Shown: positions 1 to 14,265, counted from the first letter of the stretch. The stretch is DNA of 64,000 nucleotides from Guillardia theta CCMP2712 (GCF_000315625.1 NW_005434633.1:324130-388129); one strand, 5' to 3'. The notes: generated from the letters alone by a model not told the origin. Numbers and translations are program-made.

Positions 1-289
1 GCAAGCAATCGATCATCCATCAGCAGTCTGTATGCACCATCTTACCAGCCACGACCATGACATGTTCATCCTCCCTAGTCCTGCTGCAAGGACCATTGGG
101 ATCCTCAATCGTAAACTCTCCTTCCATGGAAGTCGCAAGATGCGTCTTGTGATTTCAAATTGGGCGTTCATATCTTACGTTCATGAACACATCTCCCACA
201 CCATCATCTCATCATACATCATCATACATCGTCTCTTCATCATCAAATTACCATATCTCATCACAAAGCTTCCTCTGCATCATCAAATA

Positions 290-412
290 TCATCATCATC
301 ATTATATCATCATATCATCATATCATCATATCATCATATCATCATCATATCATCATATCATCATATCATCATCATATCATCATCATCATCATCATATATC
401 ATCGTCATCATC
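290..412. repeat. (ATC/ATATC)n microsatellite
   Basis: Visible catcat/atatcatc runs. Confidence 0.9.
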
Positions 413-568
413 ACTTCTTGGCTTCTTGTCGCATCTCTTTCCTCAGGAGGTCCCCCCGACCTAGCGGGATGTACCAAAATGGAAGGACAGAGTAGGACAT
501 AGTATCCCCGGGCCGGCGACTAGCTAGGTCTATGAGTAACGGTCCATTTATTTAATCAGGTTTTCATT

Positions 569-3500
569 CTACTCTCGTCGTTTGACGCTCAGGCTCATAC
601 TGACTCTTGACTCCTGTTGGTTCTTGCCCTTCACCCTGTCGTTGCCATGGTAGAGCACCACCTCCACGTTCTTGGAAGCGCTCGCTTCGCTCAGCACCCC
701 TCTGATCTCCTGTCCTGTCACCTTCCCCGTGCCCAGAAGATCATCCTTGGTCAACCTGTCCCAGTCCCACAGCTCGATGGTCAAGTCCTCGCAGTTGTCC
801 AGCTGCCAGATGGGCAGGTCGAAGGTCTCATTCCAGACAGGGTCCAACGTCTTGATCCTCTTGTCTGTGACGTACTCGAACTGTCCTCCTCCCTTGCCGA
901 TCTTCACCTTCACATACGGATCGCAGGTTCCCAGAACATCTGCTTTAGGAAGGTTCGAGGCGGAAATGACGCAGATAGTGAGGATCGCTTCATGCTTGCC
1001 CTCGATATCTTCTTGTTGCCATGCCCTCTCGATCTCTCCAAAGCTCAACTTCATCGGCACTTCGTCCTCCAGCGCGTCCCACCTGGGCACAGGGAAACAT
1101 CAGGCGACGACAACCTTCACAAGGCTTCGCATACATCCACTTGTACGGGTGAAAGCCAGATCCGCTGACCTGTTTCACAAGCTCTCACTCCCCCCCCCCC
1201 CCAACATCCCCTTGATCGCCAGCTACCCGATGAGGGAACATCTTCTTGTCGAAGGTGCCGATGGCGTCGATGGCGTCAGAGCTGCGACGTCATGTGAGCG
1301 GATATATCGAGTCACAATCATGACGTTACTTGTTGGAAAAGATGATGAATCCAAGGCCGTGTAGTCTGGGGTCTTTTCCTTGGTTGACGACAGCCTGGAG
1401 ATAATCGTGTCAGATCTCAACATGTAGAAGGCGAGACATGACTTGGTTGCCGAGCACAGACTTGCGGACTCGTCCAATCTGTTTGCGTTCGGGTAAGCTT
1501 CAATCGTTACCACAATCACACATGATCACTGACCGCAACTATGTTTCGTAGCAGATCCTTCTCTGCTTTCTTGTAGAACTAAGTGTCGAGACGTCAGTCC
1601 ACCAACAAACGACTCGAAATCATTCAGCTACCATTGCAGATCTGCACATCCTTTCTATGTATTCATTCTTCTTGTCGACGCTAGCCATGTCATATCTGGT
1701 TTAGCCATGCAATCAGAATCATGCATCACCATTAAGTGCACAACATCTCACCTGTAATAAAAATTGCCAAAGAACGATTCCTCCGTCAAAAAAGTCTTCT
1801 TCTCCTCCTTTTCCTTGGCTTTTTTTTCTTCTCGTTTGTACAGGAAGGTCAACAACATGTCTCGAACCTGAAAGACATAACTTGTCAACCGAAAGTCTAC
1901 AACCAAGGTCTTGAGCTCACAAGGGGCCGGCCATCTCCGTCGTGATCAAGATCTAGAATTTCAACCTTGATAGGTCGGTCAAACGAGCCTTTCTTTGCGT
2001 TTCTGCCTCAGCCCTCCTTCACCTTGTGCAGCTTCATCTTCATGATCTCAGGCCTGGAGGTCCAGCACAGATCCATGCCTTGGTACACTTCCTAACAGGG
2101 ACTCAGCAGGCAGTCGCAACGAGCGCATGACGTGACTTGAATCTTCCACGAGGCTTCTGGAGCGAGGGCGGCAGGGCCGTGTATCCACTCCCAGTCTCCG
2201 TTGTAGATGATGCTTCCGCTCCTGGGGCTCCATGCCAGGGGCGGAGCGCCTGCCTGAGTGAGACGATGGCCGTTCTGATGCATGACAGCGCTGGTTGAAG
2301 GGTCAGGAGGGAGGGCGAGGGAGCAGGGTGAGCGAGGAAAGACCGCAGTATGATTGGAACGCCCTGAGCATCCACGGGAGATATCTGCAGGAGAGCTTTG
2401 AGGAAGAGGCAAGAGGAGGAAGTGAAGTGCCTTTGTGAGCAAGTCGTCTCCTGCTATCTTGGTGTTGATCTCGTCGGGAGGAATGAATGGGAAGCGAACA
2501 AGAAGCATCTGTTCAAGGTGTCAAAATACCAGAAATCCCCGCCGGTTCCCAGCATCACAATGTCGATGATGCCCACAGACTTGTGATTGATCTTGGGCTT
2601 CAAGTCCAGCAGTTGCTTCTGTCGGGCCTGAAAAACGAGTCACATTTGTGAAGCAAGCTTGCAGACATCTACCTCTTCCTTCTTCACCTTGTCTGATTGT
2701 GAAACTCCGATGCTGAGAGACTCTAGTTGGAAAGGTGAGGCAAGCAGATAAAGGTGGTTGACGACACATACTGCTTTCTTGTACACGTTTATCGATCTCT
2801 GCCTGCAACTTGGCATACGCATCCTGGGGTTGCGTCAAGTGCAGTTGACAGATCACTAGGTACGTGTACCTCAATTCTCCTCCATCGAACGTTAATCCAG
2901 TCTTTCACAGCCTGGAAGACCAGGATCTCTTCGCATTGCATCTCATCATTGCTGTACCCGTGATGAGCGAGCGCAACACAAGACTAATGCCTCCCCCACC
3001 TCAGAAAGATCTTCATGCCGCTCGCCGTCAGCGCCTGCGCTCCGTCACGCCCGAAGCAGATGCTTTCGAGATGTTCTATAGCAAAGAAGACAAGCTCTGT
3101 TGACACGTCAGGAAACTTGTGCAGACCCCCAGCTGTTGGACCTTGAAGCCAGTCCCGCCCTAGTCCATCCGGGTCGATCGCCATGGCCGCACTCCACATG
3201 TAGAAACCCCAGTCGGGGAAGAAGCCCTGGGGAAGCGGGTCAGGAGACTTTGCTAGCACAAGAAGCGAGGCTGACTTGTTTGTGGAGCATCACCAAGAGA
3301 TACTTGAGACCAAGCTTCTTCGCTATCAAGATGAAGTCCCTCACCTGCAAGTACAAGACTGTGAGACATGCACGAGGTGATGGCGATGGAGGTCTGGAGA
3401 TGATGATATGATGATGGTGATGGTGATTATGATGATGATGGTGGTGATGATGATGATGATGATGATGATGATGGTGATGGTGATGGTGATGGAGGAGGAG

Positions 3501-6111
3501 GTGGTGGTAGTGGTGGAGGAGGAAGAGGTGGTGGTGGTGGTGATGGTTGTGGTGGTGGTGGTGGTGGTGGTGGTTATGATGATGATATTCACCTGATCTG
3601 ATCGGACTCGAACTTGTTGTCGTAAAAGCCCAGGGTCGTAGGCGTAGACATACTTGATAAGCTGCATGTAAATCAGCCATATGAAGATTTCTCATCAAGT
3701 TCTCAGGCAGCAATTCCATAACCTCATTCAACACCGTCGGATTCTCAACACTTGTAAATCTCAGAATGAGTTTGGGTTTTTCCTTGGATACATGTTAGGC
3801 GATGTTTCAAGTGACATTGAAAGGATCGGGTGAACTTGGCACGCAAATCGAGTTTACACGAAGAAATCAAGTCTGACCTGCTGAAAGACGTTCGTTACGG
3901 TCGTCTTGCCTGTCTGTGAACTCCTTGCGGCCGATCCATGTGCACACGTACACCTGAACATAGATAAATGTCAATTACGTGTCCGCTCTGTGCAAAGCTA
4001 CAACAACATACCTCAAGCCGATACCTGAGACGGTTCCTGGTACCTTCAGCAGCTTTAGCAAGGGGGAACGAGGAGAGGGAAGGATGAAGAAAGGGGGGAA
4101 CGATGAGAGGGAAGGATGAAGGGAGGGAAAGCATGGGTGTCGCTCAGTACAGAGATGCATGTGCTGGGGTTCCATTCGTGCTCAACAAAGGGACCGGCGC
4201 TTTTGCTTTTCTCTGTGCAAGGATCAGAAAATAATCTACTCCTGGCTAAACATTACTCTTCTTCTGGGTTTGGTTGATTTCATCTGGGTCGTCCTTGAAC
4301 AGCTCATTTCGGATAGCTAGAATGATGATCAGCGCAGCGACAGCAGAGAGAGATTATACCTTGTATGATAGCGTCTATTTCAGAATTGTCTTGAATATCG
4401 ATGATTTCAACCAATTCCTGTCTTGATGTTCAGGAGTTTCTTGTATCCGAAATCCAGTATTTCACCTTTTTCTTTGTAGATGAATCAAAATTCCCGTCGT
4501 CATCCTTGTTTTTAGTCATCGACTGCACAGCGCTTCAAAATGGATTTGATGAGCATTGAGTAGAAGACCTCTTGAATGTATTTCTCCAACTGAAATCACG
4601 TTGGTTACATCACACGCATTACAAAACCTCAACGCCGTCCTACCTTATCGAAAAGATTCTTCAAGTGATCTCTTAGTTCTCGACATCTAGCCCACAGCAC
4701 CGAGCAATGAGCTGAGAACAAAGAAGAGGTCATTCATGGAATCTTTGAAAAGGATCATCCAGAAAGAACACACCAAACACTTCTACTCTTGTATTTCCTT
4801 GCGATGCCTCCACGCTCACGTCGGACAACGACCCTGATACCTGTGTCAGATCTACAAACTTGGGACAGAGAGAGTTCAGAGTTCAGACATGGCATATCTG
4901 TCTCGATCTTTGGTACAATCTTCCATTCTTCCTGATCAACCTGACAGTTTTCTCACGCCTTGCCAATCCACAAGATAGTCAAAGACCGCAGTAGGTAGCA
5001 GTCCTTGAAAGCTCTCCACCTGTCTGTCAGTGAGCAAGAAATCTGAAACTCGATCCAAGTCCGTACCACATCCATTGCCCAGGCTTTCACTTCCTCTGAT
5101 TTCTTGAGATCTTTCTTCAGCTGGGCTGGAGGGAAGCATCAATGTGGAGAAGTGGCGCGTAATGGCGATTTCCAACCTTCTCTCTCCTTCGATTCCTTCA
5201 ATGATTCCTTCAACTGCTCGACTTGCTTCAGACTCTCGTCAAGCCTGTTGAGCATTCAAACATCAAAATCTAGGAACAATTTGTTGCAAAAGAATGTACA
5301 ATTCTTGTGGAGTTTTCTTCTTCTCCTTCTCCTTCTCCTTCTCCTTCTCCTTCTCCTTCGCTTTCTTCGAGTCTTCTTCATCTGTATTTTTAGTTCCAGT
5401 TCTAATCTCAATGTTCACCTACAAGGCGGTCAGGGAAATGACCTTTGCAGACATGAGCTGGATTTACACTAGTGGGACTCCCATCTTTTCCTGTTCTGGT
5501 TTTCCCTTCAAACTTGATCTCCGATTTCAGAGGCATCCATGTGCTGATGTTGGCCTGGACAGGATGGTTGAGACTGATTACAAAAACACACCAACAGCTA
5601 CCTGCAACAGCCTTTCCATCTCTATCCCCTTCACAAGAAACGATCCTGTAGAAGCATCGGGCCAGTGAGAGGGGAACAACGTGGGGTAGCAATCGTACCG
5701 ATGAACTCGTTCTTTCCGAAACGATCCCAGTCAAAGATCTCCACCTTGGATTCGCAAACATTTCAGCCAATGTCTGCAGGACAGCATGCCTACGTTCAGA
5801 TCCGTCTCGCTCAGTTTGGCCTCGTCGATGTCGAAGGTAAAGATCTGCCATTGACAGTGAACCATTCGGAAAGCTTCGAGTTGTTTGCCCACCTCGTTGA
5901 AAGTAGCATTGAGAGTGTTCTTCTTAGTCTCTGTCTTGTGTTTCTGCGCACAAACGTTTCAGCATCGTGCTCCCGTCTACCACCCCCCTACCTTCTCCCC
6001 GTAGGTGACCATAACGTAGGGGTCACACTTGCCAAACATCCCTGAGTCCATCTTGGGCAGATGGGCTGAAAGAAGAGTCAGAAGGGTCTTTGGTGCTGCA
6101 TGGCTCGCCAT
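569..6111 (-). CDS. Multi-exon C2-domain protein(s); C2 domains at both ends, possibly one large gene or two genes
   Basis: ORF 569-1090 has C2 motifs (ISASNLPKADVLGTCDPYVKV, TLDPVWNETF, IELWDWDRLTKDDLLG). ORF 5977-6177 has LLSAHLPKMDSGMFGKCDPYVMV. The intervening exons were not resolved. Confidence 0.6.
3400..3586. repeat. Compound (GAT)n/(GGT)n microsatellite, probably intronic
   Basis: Direct sequence; produces poly-H/poly-T/poly-M spurious ORFs. Confidence 0.9.
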
Positions 6112-6237
6112 ACCTACGTCCACCACCTTCACCTCCAGCTGGCGGATCCACATGGTGGAGCGCCGAACCTGTCGCAACGTGTAAGTTGAAGCTCCGACAC
6201 TTCCCGTCGCTGCTTTTCTTCCACACTAACACACTAG

Positions 6238-6340
6238 CTGCCTGCCTGCCTTCCTGCCTCGATCCTTCCCTGTATCCCTTTCTCCTTCCCTGCCTGCCTG
6301 CCTGCCTGCCTGCCTACCTGCCTGCCTGCCTGCCTACCTA

Positions 6341-6383
<43 letters not shown>
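6238..6383. repeat. (CCTG)n tetranucleotide repeat
   Basis: Direct sequence. Confidence 0.9.
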
Positions 6384-6385
<2 letters not shown>

Positions 6386-6731
6386 CTCTAAAGCGACTGC
6401 CCTAACGCTTCCCTTCGCCTCATTTTCGCCCGTTGAATCACGGGGGTAGAACTACTATGTTCGAATTGACAGGCGGGCCAACCCCTGGTCGGTGAATTAA
6501 ACAGTACAAATAATTAGTTAAATACCCCCCCCCCCCGCTTCGCCTCCATGCGGTCTGTGTGGGGCGCCGTTGAATTGAGAACGGGTGCTGAATGAGGCCA
6601 CGGAAATGGCGAAATGGCGGGAACCGGGAGGAAGGAGAAAAAGAGCAGAGGGGGGGGGGGGGGGGAGAAAAACATGGGGGGGGAGCGGAGACGAGTTGAC
6701 CCTCCTCTCTTTGCTGAGTTTCCTCTGTCCT

Positions 6732-7778
6732 CTAGTTTATTTCATCCTCTTTGAACCCCGAAGAATCACTCCTTGCCCCGTACGCGGTCAAGTTGTTCAG
6801 ACATGCACAGGTTAGGGAGAAGATGGCTGAGGAGGCGGGAGCATCTGAGGGATCATCAGAGCTCAACAGTTGTCGCACATACGATATGATGTTGTTGATT
6901 GCTGAGACGTTGACAGGCACGGGATGAACGATGCAAAACTAGCTTCCTGGAACACTTACTGGAGGGAGCAGGGACGATAAGAAGGCGTCTGACTGATAGA
7001 AGCGCATACGAGCATGTGAGGATACTATAGCCCTTTATTGAGATGGCCTGCCAGTGCGCAGCCGCTAGCGCTATGCGGGTCGATCGCTTCCTCCTTGAAC
7101 CTAACCCCAATCTGCGAAGACACGAGAAAATGAGGCGACACAAGGTAAAAGAGAGAAGGATGAGCCGATAGGGAATCGACGACAGGAAGCTGAGCAGAGA
7201 GGAGAGGAGAGACAAGGTTTCTCACCTGGATCCACGCTAAGAACGACGATGCATCATCCTCTGTCATGTTGTAGCGTTGAGCGAAATCCTTGGGTGAGAT
7301 CTGCAGTCAACATCAAGACTCCCTTCCTCCTCACTTCCTAGCTTGTACCTCCGTCAGCCCCTCCACGTTCCCTGTGAGCAGGTCTGCAATCTCTCCAGCC
7401 TTGTCGTCACCGAACCTAGATCCATCACAGTCAAGTCACCCAACGGGCCGACGATGTGCCTCACAGGTTGTATTTCTTCACAATCCGATCGAAATTTCGT
7501 TTCATTCTCTTCAGCTGTCTACCGGCAGGATCGTTATCATCCTCATCATCCAAATCCAGCTTGTGTAACTTCGGCGCAGCGCGTATGAAGAGCATGTTCT
7601 CTGGTTTCACTCCCAGCACCTGCCCGTCCTTCGCTAACCTCACCGCCCAACGTCCTTTCTCCTCATCGAATCGGAGCAGCTCTCCTTCAGAGCCATTGTG
7701 TTCCGCTGCAGCCTTGAGGTTCTGAAGTTTCACTGTGGCTCCAACTTGAAACTGGGTGTCATCTGAAGTTTCCTGCAT
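6732..7778 (-). CDS. Hypothetical multi-exon protein with an N-terminal beta-rich motif often seen in algal proteins
   Basis: ORF 7461-7778 VKLQNLKAAAEHNGSEGELLRFDEEKGRWAVRL; downstream exon-like ORFs. Confidence 0.45.
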
Positions 7779-8576
7779 GCTGGAAACTGCAAAACAGAGA
7801 ATCAGTGAGTCGAAGCGGTGGAGTCTTCACATTCAGACTACAGCTTCTCTTTGGTCATTCATCGATGATTTCAGACTCATTTCAGAACTTTCATCTTCTA
7901 CTCCAACGAGATTTCAATGATCCTCCAGCAACAATGTGAAGCCATTGCAACAACACAAACAAACACAACAAGGTTCAGTTCAGTTTGTCTTGGGCATGCA
8001 ACATTACAGACCTCAACACCATGGTACCAACAACGCCTGACTTACAAGAAAAACCATCAAAACAACATCTTCTTCAACACAAGAACTCGCATTCTTGCCC
8101 GCTCTCGATCGCTCGATCGTTCAATCCCTCCGTTCTCCCACCACATTTTCGCACGAGCCCCCTCATCCCCCTCGCCATTTACATCATCTCCCTCATTCCC
8201 ATGACTCATCTCCCTCATACCCATACCCTCCGTGAAGCAGGGCGAAGGGTCATCATGGCAGGGGAGAGCGAAGCACGCAGGCCATGCACAAGGTATGTGA
8301 AGTTGCGGTAGGAGGGAGCATGGAGAGCGCGACATGAAGTACACGACATGGTGGAGATTCCATGATGCGATGACAACCTTATGATGTGATTGAAATGTCT
8401 GAAGGGATGACCACGATGTTTGACATCCTGATGTTTTGAATGTTCATTCTTTCTGCTTTTATTGCTGTCCATGCTCGAGTTGGTATTGTGCATGTGCATA
8501 GCAATGCAACTTTTTGTATGTCTGAAAGCTTTGCTGCTCTATCGCGTGCTCCATGTGCTAGGGGCGTCACACGGTT

Positions 8577-10094
8577 ATGGACATTCTTTGTACATGTGTA
8601 AACGTTGACAGTCTCCTCGCAACGAGAGTCGAGCGTGCTGACTTCTCAATTCGCAGGTTGACAACCTTGAAAGCTCTCCCTCCCTTGCTCCTGATGACAT
8701 GCATGGTGGTCGTCCTGTTTCAATTTGTAGGCAGGAGGGATGCGATTGAATTAGCGGGGAAGCAGAACATTGAAGTTCCTCGGAATCTGCTGGAGCAGAT
8801 GAATCAGGAGCTCGCAACGGACACCAAGACTATTCTTAACCTGAACCAGCATGTATCGCAGTTGCAGTCTGTGGTCTCGAGGTTGAAAAGCAAGCGAGGC
8901 GAACTTCGCCAGGTCCACTCGCAGAGGCAACATAGCATGTTGGATACAGCCAGCAACGCATCTCCGGGAGAAGACGAGATGATGCAGCGAGCCCGACAGA
9001 ATGCCATGGACAATCGGGAAGTTGCCTTCCTATCAGCGAGGCATCGCTTGCTTGAAAAGCAGTCGGATTTCGTCAGAGACTTTCCTTACTGGGCGGTCAA
9101 CTCTGCGCTGGCAGATGCGTCAAAAGGGCATGGACAAGAGGGTGAATGGAGAGCGGACAGAGGTCCTCCATATGTCATGGCTACCACTCTCTACAGTGGG
9201 GTTGGGGTGAATCGCAAGGGAAGTGCTGACATGGTTCGAAAAATCTTGGGCATCAAGACTTCGTAATAATCTTTCGACGGTGCTGCCGTGTACTGACTGC
9301 ATTGGATTCCTCAGGTTCCGATTCCACAAGTGGGAAGGAGACAGTTTCCTCACAGACTTTGACGGACCGCAGTTTCGCTACTTGTACCGGAATGTGCACT
9401 CCACTCTTGTGATTCCACCGCTGGAACGATCTGGTGAGCATTTTGTGGTCTCTGCTAGCCCTCCAGGGCTGACGATTCTGCTGTGGAAGGTGGACCCATC
9501 TTGGGATGGAATGCTGTCCATAGGCTGTATCTGTACGTCAATGAAGGGTCGAACACTCTCATTGTTCTCGGGGGGCCATCATCGGTCATCTTCATCAACA
9601 ACAACGTGATCAACACGGATGGGGGGTATGATTTACAGTCAAAATGGGCCCCGGGTCCATACGAACGGCAGAAGGTGTGGATGGCTGCCGACTGTTGAGG
9701 AAGAGTGACCAGATGCTCGGCAGGAGGCAAGAGATACACCGCTTGCCGCATGCGCCACCACACTGCCAGGGCCTGGGACATCGGTTCATGGAGTAGCCAT
9801 ATCCTCTCTACCGTAAGACCTCAGCTCGCAAGGCGTACATGCTTGCTGACGACATCAACAGTGCGGAGGCTGTATCATATTACGAGTCTGGAGATGTTTC
9901 AGTCATGTTCTCGATCCCTTCTGGGTAAGTCGTTTGCAGGACAGCGCTCGTTGGATCATTTCTTGCTCATTTTCTTGTTTTTACGCAGTTCTGGAAGAGT
10001 CCTGTATCTTGGATACAACTTTGCAGAGCCCTTGACGCCCTGGGTCCATGCCCTCATCGCCGCCACTCAATTTCCAGACTACAAGAAAAAATGA
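8577..10094 (+). CDS. Hypothetical multi-exon protein with coiled-coil N-terminal region
   Basis: ORFs 8577-9266, 9223-9609, 9483-9698 and 9705-10094 are consecutive on the same strand with GT..AG gaps. Confidence 0.35.
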
Positions 10095-10197
10095 CCCTTC
10101 CCATTGCTTGCCTACTGTCTTTTATTACAATTCCCTCTCCAAGTTGAAAAATACATGAATGTTGGTTAAAGCATTTACAGCATCTGCAACAAAGCAA

Positions 10198-11496
10198 TCA
10201 GGTCTGCATGTACGGATGACCCTCGTCATCACTTCCCCTAGAACTGTGCCACTTCCAAACAACAAGTACAATGATTCCCAGCAAGAAAGATCCTCCTCCC
10301 ACTGCCCACAAGATCGCAATCCCATCCGTGTTGGCCAGCTGGATAGGAGGTAGGTAAGGAGGCTCTTTAGGGAAGTAGTAGCATCCAAGTGGACGAGGAA
10401 CAGTACCGTTGACATACGGTTGTACCTTAGAGACATAAGCATCACAGATAGCCTTTCCCAGAAGGAAGATGTGAGTCCTGTTAGGCGAATTGAGCACTTT
10501 GCCATCAACTACTATCCACGGACTGGACTGAATGGGAGGAAGGAAAGTTTTTGTCTTGTACAAGTTCCTCAGTAGGAGTTCCGAGGCCCGTTTGCTATGC
10601 ATGCAATCTGCGATCTTCTTGACCGACATGCCGCCTCCAAACTCGTCAATGCACTGTAGAGCAACCTCAGACGGCATCCCCTGACAGACATGGGACGAGG
10701 AGGAGCCTGTATGAGCAACAGAATCGATAAGAGGCACTTCGCCGTCAGCACACGTTCTGACAATGATGCAACTAGAAACAGGGAACCAATCTTCAAGCGC
10801 GGGATAAGCATCCTCGACACATGAGAGGATGGCGTTACCGACACATTCGGAGGGTCCATGCTCGCAGAAAAATTCAGGGAAACCGGACTCCAGTGTAATA
10901 TTCACATCCTCGGTCGAGTTCGATCCATCCACTTTCACCACGGAGGGTACCTTAGGGTCCATGTCCTTCACCAGTGTATTTCCCGATGGATACAGGTGTA
11001 GCCTGACGATATCCTTCATTCCCGGGGCCTCGATGACAGGCATGAGCACCCATTCTACAAACATCTGACTCGCCCTTCCCTGCGACTCCATGTAGACATC
11101 CACGTCAACATGGTAGTCGACTCCTTCAGGCGGTGAAAATGAAACATGCCGCAGAGGAATGACTTTCTTGCCTTGTGCGCTTGTAGTGTCCGCCAAACTG
11201 ACCTTTGTCTTCCCCTTTGAAACGAATTTTCTCTTCAAGTCCGCGAGAATTCCTGACGTGGAATTGGTGACGCTCAACTTCGCCACACTTGCCACAACAA
11301 CATCAACCCCATCATTCGGTATCCATGCAATGGCAACTATCAAAAATGCCACCAAAATGGCTGAACCAAGGATTCTCGCCTTTCGTGCATGAATATTCCT
11401 AGACTCCCACGCACTTACCATCTTGAAGTTTACTTCCTCCGAATTTCTTGTTTTTGTCTCCAAGTTGCCCTTTGACGCTCCCTTCTCTCTCCCCAC
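10198..11496 (-). CDS. GILT (gamma-interferon-inducible lysosomal thiol reductase)-like membrane protein
   Basis: CEHGPSECVGNAILSC matches the GILT signature CQHGxxECxxN; VDVYMES and LYPSGN motifs; hydrophobic segments near both termini. Confidence 0.75.
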   Translation of the reverse strand: MGREKGASKGNLETKTRNSEEVNFKMVSAWESRNIHARKARILGSAILVAFLIVAIAWIPNDGVDVVVASVAKLSVTNSTSGILADLKRKFVSKGKTKVSLADTTSAQGKKVIPLRHVSFSPPEGVDYHVDVDVYMESQGRASQMFVEWVLMPVIEAPGMKDIVRLHLYPSGNTLVKDMDPKVPSVVKVDGSNSTEDVNITLESGFPEFFCEHGPSECVGNAILSCVEDAYPALEDWFPVSSCIIVRTCADGEVPLIDSVAHTGSSSSHVCQGMPSEVALQCIDEFGGGMSVKKIADCMHSKRASELLLRNLYKTKTFLPPIQSSPWIVVDGKVLNSPNRTHIFLLGKAICDAYVSKVQPYVNGTVPRPLGCYYFPKEPPYLPPIQLANTDGIAILWAVGGGSFLLGIIVLVVWKWHSSRGSDDEGHPYMQT

Positions 11497-12124
11497 CCTC
11501 CTGACTCACTTTCTTCCTTCCTCACAGCAACTCTGTCTCTCCCTCTTCGCCTCCTCGCAACCCCCCTCAACAGCTCCTTCGACGTCTGGCAGCCATTCCC
11601 GTCTATTTCTGGTAATCACTACCCCTACCCCCTTCTATCTATCACCCCTATAAAGTTCCATGGACAGCACGAACTAACTCCTACTTGTCTTTCAAGTTCA
11701 ACCGCTGTCCCCAAAAATTAACCGATATCTTTACTTAACTGCATAGCGCCAGCCAGCGCGTGGCTCCGACTCCGAAGTTGGACCCGGTGACCGCTGACTG
11801 GCAGGCCGGGTTGCCGCAGGGGGTGCAACTTGACATCTTCAATGGGATCGCCCCTTGTGCATGTGCATTGCTGCGTACCGGACCGTCGGCGGCCCAGAGA
11901 AAACAAGTCTTCAGTCAAGTTCTTCTGCATCTAATCCGCGGCAGCACGAAGGCATGTGAAAAGAGATCGAGAGCAGTAAGTGTTTCACCAGCGAGTACGG
12001 GCCCGGGGGATGCGCAGAAAATTCATGATTGGCACTGAGGATTGGGTGTAAGGACTGTGACTCACCTCATAGAGTACACTAGGAGATATACTTCAGAGTC
12101 GCTGCTGATAGGTATAACAATCAC

Positions 12125-13177
12125 ATGACGGTTATAAACCCGTTATTCTACTGTCAAACTGGGGGTATGTTTGATGGCACCAACGGAGAGCATGCAGACC
12201 GATCGCCCTCTCCTCTCCCCTCTCCTCCGACATCTCCCCCCTGCCCTCCTCCTACTCCTCCTCCTCCCTTGCTTGACCTCCTCCCAGTCGTGTTCAGCTC
12301 CTGTGCTAGGAAACGACGACGTCTACGGCTGGATCTACGTCGTTGGTGACTGGAGGGCTGGACTCGGGTAGGCAGGTCCTGAGATAAGAGCAGGCTCGGG
12401 CGGAAACATCATCAAGAGCTCTGATGCTGGATCGACCTGGCAATGTGTGCATTGTGGTCTTATGAGGCTCACGACCGAGGATCTTTACGACGTAAACTTC
12501 AACAGCGCCTTGCGGTTCGTCTGACTGATTGGTCAATTTGACGGTTGACAATCGTGGAAGAGGTGTAGCTGTGGGCAGGAATGGTGTGATCCTGAGCACA
12601 TGGAACGGAGGAGCCAACTGGCAGCTCAATCAGGACTTTCCGATCCATCTTTACGGGGTGCATGTGTTCCGCCCCCTTCAGATCTACGTAGGAGGGCACA
12701 CCCATGTTGTGAGGAAATGATGATGCTTGCAAGGTTGTCGGCGATGGAGGAAGTGTATTGTATACCGACAATGGCGGGGACACGTGGAATCGACTCGCAA
12801 CGATCGAGGCGGTTGATGTCCAAGGAAAGAAGGTCCTGCCCACCTTGAACGCTATCCGTGAGCGAAAGAAGGACAGAGGGTGAGCAGTGAAGGTTGACAC
12901 CTTGAACAGGCTTCACGGACAACTCCAACGCAATTGTTGTCGGGCAGGCGAACTTCTGGTAAACATCGTGTTCAGCAGCTCCCTTGTGTGATGGAAGGAT
13001 ATCAGGTGGGTAACGTCCGACGGCGGTACCACGTGGACCAGAAACAACTTGACTGGTCAGTTGGACAGATCAAAGTTTCTTTTGTTTTATTTTCATATCT
13101 CATCCCCCTTATTCATCTCTGTGTGAATTTCCCAGGTGTTCCCTGGAACGAACAAGGTGTGGTCATGCGACGCCTAG
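12125..13177 (+). CDS. BNR/Asp-box repeat beta-propeller protein (YCF48-like), multi-exon
   Basis: Exonic motifs IIKSSDAGSTWQ, AVGRNGVILSTWNGGANWQ, VGDGGSVLYTDNGGDTWN, TSDGGTTWT. Confidence 0.65.
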
Positions 13178-14165
13178 CGCTGGTGAGTGTGTGTTGTGCT
13201 GGTGGCAAAAAACATCGATTCACCAAGTCGCAGGACGAGATAGCACACTTTGTAAGATGGCACTTGCTTGCATGGATGTAGCTTCCTTTTGAATTGGAGC
13301 TCATGTTTCGATTCCTTTCGTTTTCAAGATTGCGATTGGAAACAAGGGGATTGTGTACACGATATCAAGACAGACGAAGTACCTCATTGCGACACTTTGA
13401 CATGTTGGGAACATTGATGTTTTCTCGTCAGCGATCAAAACGATGCTGTGGAATTTACATGGAAGAAGGCATGTTGCGAAATCTTTGTTGTCTTGATTGA
13501 CATGCGTCTGCGCAGCTCACCGTCGTTGCTCAGAACCTTTCGAGAGGTGCGTAAACATTTCGAAGTTTGCAAGAAGAGCGTCTATGAGCTGTCGACAATA
13601 ATCATGTGCTTGATATCGGCAAACGCCCATATGTCGAGAACATTGTTGTTGTTGTTCATGATGTCAAGTCTTGGAGAGTGATGTTATCACTAACCATGTT
13701 TCATGTCTCAGTGGAGTTCTATGGATCCTATACCCTCAACTTATCAACATTCGGTGAGTGAGAAGGCTCCATCTCAGGAGAAACAAAGGATCTGAATTGT
13801 CTTTCTCAGTGGTTGTTGGCAATGATGCAGATAGAGGAATCGTCTATTCTTCTTTTGGCGCATCCGAGGTTTGAACATTTCTATGTGTTCGTGATATTCC
13901 TGGAACATTGTTTTCCTGGACACTACCATAAGAAGGATTGCATAGCTACACACACCTTCGTATCCTCCTCCTCCTCCTCCTCCTTCTCCTCCTTCTCCTC
14001 CTTCTCCTCCTTCTCCTCCTTCTCCTCCTTCTCCTTCTCCTCCTCCTCCTTCATCAGCATCATCAACAACATTGACAGTTACCAAAAGTTTGCATCTCCT
14101 TCAAAATCGCCCATTCATTCAAGTCCATAACACATCAAATCAGTCTCTCACCGTCAAAGACCTTC

Positions 14166-14265
14166 NNNNNNNNNNNNNNNNNNNNNNNNNNNNNNNNNNN
14201 NNNNNNNNNNNNNNNNNNNNNNNNNNNNNNNNNNNNNNNNNNNNNNNNNNNNNNNNNNNNNNNNN
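14166..14265. other. Assembly gap (100 N)
   Basis: N run. Confidence 1.

Noticed and set aside
32-502. His/Ser/Ile-rich ORFs here and at 3240-3734, 22036-23004, 23938-24780
   Set aside because: Largely translations of microsatellites and introns
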